A DNA stretch of 32,000 nucleotides from assembly GCF_000284115.1 (NCBI RefSeq), contig NC_017080.1:1320001-1352000 (forward strand), in the 5' to 3' direction. This DNA is from Phycisphaera mikurensis NBRC 102666. Its GTDB lineage: Bacteria > Planctomycetota > Phycisphaerae > Phycisphaerales > Phycisphaeraceae. Position 1 is the stretch's first letter, and each line of letters starts with the position of its first letter. Made by a program: the position numbers and the translations under genes. This document shows, piece after piece, positions 26,970-32,000 of this stretch. The notes beneath the pieces are model-generated. The model searched no databases, was not told the origin of the DNA, and worked only from the letters and a program-made list of their open reading frames with translations.

Positions 26970-27395
26970 TTGAGCGCTTCCGAGACATTCCGCCTCAAGC
27001 AGCTGGAGGAGCTCCAGGAGCTCATCCCGTCTCTGATCGACAGGCTCAACGAGATCGCCCGCGTCGATCCAACCAGATCCGGCCCAGGTGATCCCGCAGT
27101 CAACCCGTCACTGCTTGCATCTTGTCGGGCGGCAATCCCCTTGCTGCAACGTGCAACCGAGCAGTGCCACACTTTGGGTCCATCGAGCGACACGGCTCAC
27201 CACACAAGGAAGAAGAAGCCGAAACGTACCGCTGCACAGATTGCCGCAAAAAAGAAGAAGATCCGCATGACGGGGATACCGAAGGGTGGAAAGAAGCGTA
27301 AAAAGTCAAAGCTACCGCAAGGCGGACCAGCTCGCAGCGTGCGAACTGTCGGGAGCGGGCAAACGTTGAAGCCGGGAAGCCACCGCTCCACGTAA
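26970..27395 (+). CDS. cassette K4: orphan 141-aa protein with N-terminal coiled coil and lysine-rich basic C-terminal half
   Basis: ORF fills the cassette, with TTG start 8 nt after the attC3 core and stop 4 nt before R'' of attC4. Visibly AT-richer than the host. Contains KKKPKRTAAQIAAKKKKIR...GGKKRKKSK. Confidence 0.6.
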   Translation: MSASETFRLKQLEELQELIPSLIDRLNEIARVDPTRSGPGDPAVNPSLLASCRAAIPLLQRATEQCHTLGPSSDTAHHTRKKKPKRTAAQIAAKKKKIRMTGIPKGGKKRKKSKLPQGGPARSVRTVGSGQTLKPGSHRST

Positions 27396-27399
27396 TGCG

Positions 27400-27509
27400 G
27401 CCTAACCAGGCGTTGCAGCGGACCGGCAGTGTGTGGGGGTTCACAGTGCATTCCCCGGTTCCAGCTGCGGCGTCGCTCTCGCCGGCCGCTGAACACTTCT
27501 TCGTTAGGC
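27400..27509 (+). repeat. attC4
   Basis: GCCTAAC...GTTAGGC, 110 bp. Confidence 0.85.
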
Positions 27510-27736
27510 GGCGGTGACACCGGTTCGTCCTTCCCTGTGTGTCTGCCGTCGCGCATGTCCGCGGACCGTCGGGGGTTTCGGCCGCTTGCCCCCGCGGTCC
27601 GCGGCGCGGTCGTCCGCTGCGGGCTGGCCGCACCTCGTCGGCCGGGCGTCGTCGCCGCTCGTTTCGCTGCGGTCGGCGTCGCGGCCCCGGCTCGCCGGCC
27701 ATCCGGTCGGCGGCCCTCGCCGCTCTGCGCGTCGCC
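27510..27736 (+). repeat. cassette K5: 227-bp ORF-less paralogue (copy 3)
   Basis: 23 substitutions and no indels versus K1 by hand alignment. Confidence 0.85.
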
Positions 27737-27845
27737 GCCTAACCAGGCGTTGCAGCGGACCGGCAGGGTGTGGGGGTTTACAGTCCGCTCCGGGAACCAA
27801 GCCCGCCGTCAGTTCGGCCGGCCGCTGAACGCTTCTTCGTTAGGC
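27737..27845 (+). repeat. attC5
   Basis: GCCTAAC...GTTAGGC, 109 bp. Identical to attC1. Confidence 0.85.
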
Positions 27846-28072
27846 GGCGGTGAAAGCTGTCCGTCCATCCCCGTGTGTCCGCCGTCGCGCACGTCCGCGG
27901 ACCGTCGGCGGTTCCAGCGGCACGTGCCCACGGTCCGCGGCGCGGTCGTCCGCCGCGGGCCGGCCGTACCTCGTCGGCCGGGCGTCGTCGCCGCCCGTTT
28001 CGCTGCGGTCGGCGTCGCGGCCCCGGCTCGTCGGCCATCCGGTCGGCGGCCCTCGCCGCTCTGCGCGTCGCC
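27846..28072 (+). repeat. cassette K6: 227-bp ORF-less paralogue (copy 4)
   Basis: 17 substitutions and no indels versus K2 by hand alignment. Confidence 0.85.
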
Positions 28073-28181
28073 GCCTAACAAGGCGTTGCAGCGGACCGGC
28101 AGTGTTCCCGGGTTTACAGTGCTCCCCCGGCTCCAGCTGCGTCGTCGCTCTGGCCGGCCGCTGAACTCCTCTTCGTTAGGC
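28073..28181 (+). repeat. attC6
   Basis: GCCTAAC...GTTAGGC, 109 bp. Confidence 0.85.
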
Positions 28182-28186
28182 GTACC

Positions 28187-28540
28187 TTGGCGAAACCGAC
28201 TTCCGAAGCGGCTTGGCTCGGAGCGTTCGCCGCGATCGTCTGGACGTTCCCCATCGTTGCTCTATTTGCGCTTCTGTATCGGTTCCCGATTCCTTTCGCC
28301 GGGTACATGACCGGACCGGCAGCGGTTCCCCCGGCCATGCTGGCTGTCTTGTTCTACGGTGCGCTCGGGGGCGTCTTCGTTCAGCTCCTCGCGGGCTTGG
28401 GTGCCGGTGTGGCCGCTTGGTGGTGGGCCCGTCCCAATCGCAGCCGTAGCAACCGCTACGCAGTGGCGTTGGCCGCTCTTGCAGCCGTCCCGGGTGTGCT
28501 GCTCCTGGCAGTCCTCGACCACCTCATCGGCCCGTGGTGA
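28187..28540 (+). CDS. cassette K7: small multi-TM membrane protein (117 aa)
   Basis: ORF fills the cassette, with candidate TTG start 6 nt after the attC6 core and stop 4 nt before R'' of attC7. Three to four hydrophobic helices. Start is uncertain. Confidence 0.5.
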   Translation: MAKPTSEAAWLGAFAAIVWTFPIVALFALLYRFPIPFAGYMTGPAAVPPAMLAVLFYGALGGVFVQLLAGLGAGVAAWWWARPNRSRSNRYAVALAALAAVPGVLLLAVLDHLIGPW

Positions 28541-28544
28541 GCAC

Positions 28545-28653
28545 GCCTAACCAGGCGTTGCAGCGGGCCGGCAGTGTGTGGGGGTTTATGCTGCTCTCCC
28601 GATTCCAGCCGCGTCGTCACTCTGGCCGGCCGCTGAACGCTTCTTCGTTACGC
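28545..28653 (+). repeat. attC7 (variant core GTTACGC)
   Basis: GCCTAAC...GTTACGC, 109 bp. Confidence 0.8.
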
Positions 28654-28665
28654 GGCTTGAGCACT

Positions 28666-28992
28666 ATGTTGGTACTGCTCATGCTGGCCACTCAAGCGTT
28701 GCTGATCGGCGTCGCGGTGGGTGTGCGGACTTCTCGGACCGAGCGTTCTGCCAAGGATTCTGCTGCGCTCGCTTGGGGGTGGGCGCTGGCTGTCCTCACT
28801 CTGACCCTGTTCATCTTCGCAGTCGTGTACGAGGCTGTATCACCTCGACCGCTCGGGCACCCGGTCCTGGTCGCGCTCTCGTTCACGCTCTTGTGGTGGT
28901 TCATTCCCCCAATTCTTCCTGCCGTCGCGGGGCTTGCGGCAGCGAGCTGTTGGATTCTGCGTCGTGCTCGCCCGCAAGGTCCGGCCGCCTAA
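28666..28992 (+). CDS. cassette K8: small multi-TM membrane protein (~108 aa)
   Basis: ATG 28666 (or TTG 28657). Product MLVLLMLATQALLIGVAVGV.... The stop TAA is the TAA of GCCTAAC in attC8. Confidence 0.5.
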   Translation: MLVLLMLATQALLIGVAVGVRTSRTERSAKDSAALAWGWALAVLTLTLFIFAVVYEAVSPRPLGHPVLVALSFTLLWWFIPPILPAVAGLAAASCWILRRARPQGPAA

Positions 28993-29094
28993 CCAGGCGT
29001 TGCAGCGGGCCGGCAGTGTGTGCGGGTTTACACTGCTTTCCCAGTTCCAGCCCGCCGTCGCTCTGGCCGGCCGCTGAACGCTTCTTCGTTAGGC
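28987..29094 (+). repeat. attC8
   Basis: GCCTAAC...GTTAGGC, 108 bp. Confidence 0.85.
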
Positions 29095-29321
29095 GGCGGT
29101 GAACGCGGTCCGTTCGCCCCCGTGTGTCAGCCGTCACGCACGTCCGCGGACCGTCGGCGTGTTCGGCCGCTCGTCCCCACGGTCCGCGGCGCGGTCGTCC
29201 GCTGCGGGCCGGCCGTACCTCGTCCGCCGGGCGTCGTCGCCGCTCGTTCCGCTGCGGTCGGCGTCGCGGCCCCGGCTCGTCGGCCATCCGGTCGGCGGCC
29301 CTCGCCGCTCTGCGCGTCGCC
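29095..29321 (+). repeat. cassette K9: 227-bp ORF-less paralogue (copy 5)
   Basis: Same length and architecture. Closest to K2. Confidence 0.85.
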
Positions 29322-29430
29322 GCCTAACAAGGTGTTGCAGCGGACCGGCAGGGTGTGCGGGTTTACAGTGCTCTTCCTGTTCCAGGCCCGCCGTCAGTTC
29401 GGCCGGCCGCTGAACACTTCTTCGTTAGGC
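29322..29430 (+). repeat. attC9
   Basis: GCCTAAC...GTTAGGC, 109 bp. Confidence 0.85.
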
Positions 29431-29657
29431 GGCGGTGAAAGCGGTCCGTTCTTCCCCGTGGGTCCGCCGTCGCGCATGTCCGCGGACCGTCGGCGAGTTC
29501 GGCCACTCCTCCCCACGGTCCGCGGCGCGGTCGTCCGCTGCGGGCCGGCCGTGTCTCGTCGGCCGGGCGTCGTCGCCGCTCGTTTCGCTGCGGTCGGCGT
29601 CGCGGCCCCGGCTCGCCGGCCATCCGGTCGGCGGCCCTCGCCGCTCTTCGCGTCGCC
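29431..29657 (+). repeat. cassette K10: 227-bp ORF-less paralogue (copy 6)
   Basis: Same length and architecture. Confidence 0.85.
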
Positions 29658-29766
29658 GCCTAACCAGGCGTTGCAGCGGACCGGCAGCGTGTGCGGCTTT
29701 ACAGTGCTCTCCCGGTTCCAGCTGCGTCGTCGCTCTGGCCGGCCGCTGAACGCTTCTTCGTTAGGC
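29658..29766 (+). repeat. attC10
   Basis: GCCTAAC...GTTAGGC, 109 bp. Confidence 0.85.
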
Positions 29767-29803
29767 CGCGGCAGCATTGCTGTGTCTCCCAGGAACTGCA
29801 ACA

Positions 29804-30166
29804 ATGAGTCGGCGTAGCAGAGCCAAATTGGTGACGAAGAGCTCGGACATCGGCAGCCGGATCCTCAACTCTGCTCAGCTGAACGCTAGTTCTGCTGTCC
29901 CACGTTTCCTAGCTGGCCGCGAAGCACTAGAGTCCGCTCCTGCTCCAGCGGCCAAAAAGAAGAAAAAGCGTATCAAGCTGAAGCCGTTCGCCTGCGACGT
30001 TTGCGGCGAAGTTTTCAGCCTTAAAGCTATGGATAGGCACAGGAGGCGTGTCCATTTCATACCAACGCCACAACAGTCTGCTATGGTGAAATGCCCGCAC
30101 TGCCGGAAAGCCGTGAGGCAGTGCAATCTGCGAAAGCACATGGAAAAAATGCATCCTCAATCTTGA
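29804..30166 (+). CDS. cassette K11: 120-aa protein with poly-lysine tract and two tandem C2H2-type zinc fingers
   Basis: MSRRSRAKL...AAKKKKKRIKLKP, then FACDVCGEVFSLKAMDRHRRRVH and VKCPHCRKAVRQCNLRKHMEKMH (both C-X2-C-X11-H-X4-H). AT-richer than the host. Confidence 0.65.
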   Translation: MSRRSRAKLVTKSSDIGSRILNSAQLNASSAVPRFLAGREALESAPAPAAKKKKKRIKLKPFACDVCGEVFSLKAMDRHRRRVHFIPTPQQSAMVKCPHCRKAVRQCNLRKHMEKMHPQS

Positions 30167-30187
30167 AGGCCAGCTCGCCGGCGTGCG

Positions 30188-30297
30188 GCCTAACTCGGCG
30201 TTGCAGCGGACCGGCAGTGTGTGCGGGTTTACAGTGCTCCCCCCGGGTCCAGCTGCGTCGTCGCTCTGGCCGGCCGCTGAACGCTTCTTCGTTAGGC
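30188..30297 (+). repeat. attC11
   Basis: GCCTAAC...GTTAGGC, 110 bp. Confidence 0.85.
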
Positions 30298-30461
30298 CGC
30301 ACCAAACCGGGCGGTTGGGCTCCGCTCCTCCGCACGCTGGCGGGCGTCGCCGCCGGCCGCTGCTCGGCGTGCTCGCCGCTCGGTTCGCTGCGTCGGCCGC
30401 CGCGGCTCCAGCTCGCCGGTGCTCTCGTGCAGCCGGGCCCGTGGCACATCCGCCGCGTGCG
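30298..30461 (+). repeat. cassette K12: short (164 bp) ORF-less cassette related to the 3' half of the 227-bp family
   Basis: gggcgtcgccgcc...gctcggttcgctgcgtcggcc resembles gggcgtcgtcgccgctcgtttcgctgcggtcggc. Lacks the hairpin module. Confidence 0.6.
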
Positions 30462-30570
30462 GCCTAACCAGGCAATGCAGCGGACCGGGGGTGTGCGCGG
30501 GTTTACGGTGCTCGCCCGGATCCGGGCCGCCGTTGTGGTTGCCCGGCCGCTGATTGCTTCTTCGTTAGGC
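30462..30570 (+). repeat. attC12
   Basis: GCCTAAC...GTTAGGC, 109 bp. More divergent inner arms (ggcaatgcagcgg / ccgctgattgc). Confidence 0.8.
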
Positions 30571-30648
30571 CGCACCAGTGGAGTGGAAATGCACTGCGCT
30601 ATGCCGCAATCACCAAGTGCCGTCTCTTCTTCTCTGGTGCGTTTCACA

Positions 30649-31212
30649 TCAGCTGCGTGGAGCGATCCTCGACTCTGCTACACCGGAGAAGAGTGATTCC
30701 AGTCCCTTCTGCACGCGTTGAGCGAGGTCCGGCGTTGCGGCAATATCACCTGCTGAGAGATTCGCGGGGAACGCCGGGAGCTGGACCGATCGATCGCCAA
30801 GTAGTACAACCCCCATCGTGCGGAGTACCTCGCGAAGTGCCGCGTCCGCGTGATGCGCGCCGGCGCGAGCGTTGATGACCAACACGGGCTTATCGGTCGC
30901 GGCGGGCACGCTCACGAGCCACTCCAGCGTGTTCTTTATATGGGCGCTGATCCCGTGTGCGTACTCCGGGCTTGCGAGCAGCAGGCCGTCGCATGCTGCG
31001 ACCCACTCTCGGCAAGATGTAACGGTGCGCGGCGGGTCCGCCTCCAGGTCGGGATTGAAGAGCGGCAGCCGGGCCGGTAGGTCGGAGGTCTCCAGCTCGG
31101 CGTACTCCGGGAAGAGAGTTCGCGTCGCTTTGAGAACGCGCGCATGAACAGAATTGGCACGCAGGCTGCCGCACAGACCGGCAATTCGGACTTCCGGGCG
31201 AGTACGTGGCAC
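30649..31212 (-). CDS. cassette K13: NAD(P)H-dependent FMN reductase family protein, inverted relative to the array
   Basis: VRIAGLCGSLRANS... and LLLASPEYAHGISAHIKNTLEWL (FMN_red SPEYN..xxxLKNxxDW-type motif). GTG start with GAGG 6 nt upstream. Confidence 0.75.
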   Translation of the reverse strand: MPRTRPEVRIAGLCGSLRANSVHARVLKATRTLFPEYAELETSDLPARLPLFNPDLEADPPRTVTSCREWVAACDGLLLASPEYAHGISAHIKNTLEWLVSVPAATDKPVLVINARAGAHHADAALREVLRTMGVVLLGDRSVQLPAFPANLSAGDIAATPDLAQRVQKGLESLFSGVAESRIAPRS

Positions 31213-31373
31213 AGGACGCCTCGACTGTACCGCCGCGAGGGACGTCTCTTCTATCAGGTCCGCGGGGCCGTTAGGGACGCTCCTGCCATGTGAAAGCCGC
31301 GGACCGTCACATCCTCAAGCGTTCCGGCGCTCCAGTGCGCGGCGCGGTCGTTTCTCGCGGGCCCCCGCGTGCG

Positions 31374-31482
31374 GCCTAACCAGGCGTTGCAGCGAACCGG
31401 CAGTGCTCGCAGGTTTACACTGCTCCTCCGGTTCTAGCTGCGTCGTCGCTCTGGCCGGCCGCTGAACGCTTCTTCGTTGGGC
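31374..31482 (+). repeat. attC13 (core GTTGGGC)
   Basis: GCCTAAC...GTTGGGC, 109 bp. Confidence 0.85.
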
Positions 31483-31537
31483 GGCCATTTCTCCAACTCG
31501 TTCCACAATCCGCCTGATCTCCTCCATCATCGCGACC

Positions 31538-31684
31538 GTGGCCTGCCTCGCGTTGCTGGCTTCGCTCTTGGTGCTCCTGCTTGCCCCACATCCGCTCATG
31601 GCACTGCCTGTCGTCATCTTCGGCGTCGGTGGGCTCGGTGCTGCGGCGGTGGCGTACTCCGCCAGTCGCGCTCCCGCCGCCTAA
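31538..31684 (+). CDS. cassette K14: possible 48-aa two-TM peptide
   Basis: GTG 31538. Product VACLALLASLLVLLLAPHPLMALPVVIFGVGGLGAAAVAY.... The stop is the TAA of GCCTAAC. Below the ORF-track size cut-off and the start is speculative. Confidence 0.3.
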   Translation: MACLALLASLLVLLLAPHPLMALPVVIFGVGGLGAAAVAYSASRAPAA

Positions 31685-31700
31685 CGCTTCTCCGTTGGGC
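31679..31700 (+). repeat. collapsed attC (R'' + 8 nt + R' only)
   Basis: GCCTAAC-gcttctcc-GTTGGGC. The whole L-box/variable region of the ~109-bp site is missing. Confidence 0.6.
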
Positions 31701-31873
31701 CGCACCCAAAGCGGGCTTGTGCTGCTGCGCACATCCGCCGTCTCGCCAAGCCGCGGACCGTCGCGGGTTTCGGCGTCCCGGCCCCACGGTCCGCGGCGCG
31801 GCGGCCTCGTGCGGTGCAGCTCCGCCGCTCATCCGGTCGCCCTCCCCGCCGCCTTCCACGCTCGCCGCGTGTG
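31701..31873 (+). repeat. cassette K15: shortened paralogue of K3, last recognisable cassette
   Basis: Starts CGCACCCAAAGCGGGCTTGTGCTGCTGCGCACA as K3 does. Hairpin 31751-31796. Ends gcgtgtg followed by the decayed GTCCTAC. Confidence 0.65.
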
Positions 31874-31880
31874 GTCCTAC
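31874..31880 (+). repeat. decayed inverse core (GTCCTAC) marking the end of the array
   Basis: Sits where GCCTAAC is expected after ...ccgcgtgtg. The downstream sequence no longer resembles an attC. Confidence 0.4.
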
Positions 31881-32000
31881 CGGTCGTCGGCCGTGCCCGC
31901 GGCGACCTGCAACACCGCCGCCGCCTGCGGCTGGGTCCTCCCCACGTCTTCGACCGCCGTGGGCCCCCGCGACCGCGAAACCATGGATCCGCCGTCCGTG

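Larger units (their letters stand above)
25701..31880 (+). mobile_element. degenerate chromosomal integron: intI stub, attI, 15 cassettes (K1-K15)
   Basis: 13 full attC sites (108-110 bp), one collapsed attC and one decayed terminal site. Cassette ORFs are mostly co-oriented with the array. See the individual features. Confidence 0.85.

Noticed and set aside
28647-28653. GTTACGC at the end of attC7 as evidence against an attC call
   Set aside because: It is a single-base deviation from GTTRRRY in an otherwise full-length, well-aligned site. The downstream cassette K8 still shows the expected own-end complementarity (GGC).
25795-29817. Long + strand ORFs (25795-26859, 27429-28310, 29020-29817) that read through several cassettes and attC sites
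   Set aside because: They cross recombination sites, lack credible starts and have Arg/Pro-rich composition. They stay open because the cassette+attC unit is 336 bp, a multiple of 3, and the DNA is GC-rich.
25948-31482. CRISPR array interpretation of the alternating 109-bp and 227-bp units
   Set aside because: The repeat is about 109 bp, imperfectly palindromic and variable between copies, and it carries RYYYAAC/GTTRRRY ends. The so-called spacers are themselves repeated or contain full ORFs. There are no cas genes in the window.
31154-31732. ORFs 31154-31465(+), 31315-31617(-) and 31415-31732(-)
   Set aside because: They run through attC13 or antisense to it and have no family similarity. 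They overlap the better-supported cassette structure.

Overview
Very GC-rich bacterial chromosome segment. The gene content (cytoplasmic sulfatase, GH38 mannosidase, style of rpoZ) suggests Planctomycetota, but that is inference only. Positions 1-21.6 kb hold ordinary housekeeping genes, all called from protein motifs read in the ORF track: purK (partial), coaC, rpoZ, a P1B-type metal ATPase, a YfcE-like phosphoesterase, a sirC/hemX-like/hemA heme cluster, nrdR, ymdB, a DUF421 protein, an OprO/P-like porin, adk, a SAM methyltransferase, rmuC, a sulfatase, a yqjD/yqjE-like membrane trio and a GH38 alpha-mannosidase. At 21.64-22.89 kb an IS630-family element with a -1 frameshift transposase sits at a TA that is part of the sthA stop codon. 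The interesting part is 24.3-31.9 kb, a degenerate chromosomal integron. It has a 23-codon stub of an integron-integrase gene, a divergent attI-like junction, and 15 cassettes separated by about 109-bp attC sites (GCCTAAC...GTTAGGC). Six cassettes are exactly 227-bp ORF-less paralogues built around a conserved hairpin with a hypervariable loop. The other cassettes carry AT-richer orphan genes: a tandem C2H2 zinc-finger protein, a lysine-rich protein, small membrane proteins and a reversed FMN reductase. Where the integrase body should be there are three copies of a highly structured ~340-bp repeat and a 159-bp palindrome. A hairpin module (CCGCGGACCG...CGGTCCGCGG) recurs both inside the cassettes and behind housekeeping genes. 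Many long ORFs in the track are antisense or GC artefacts and were not called.
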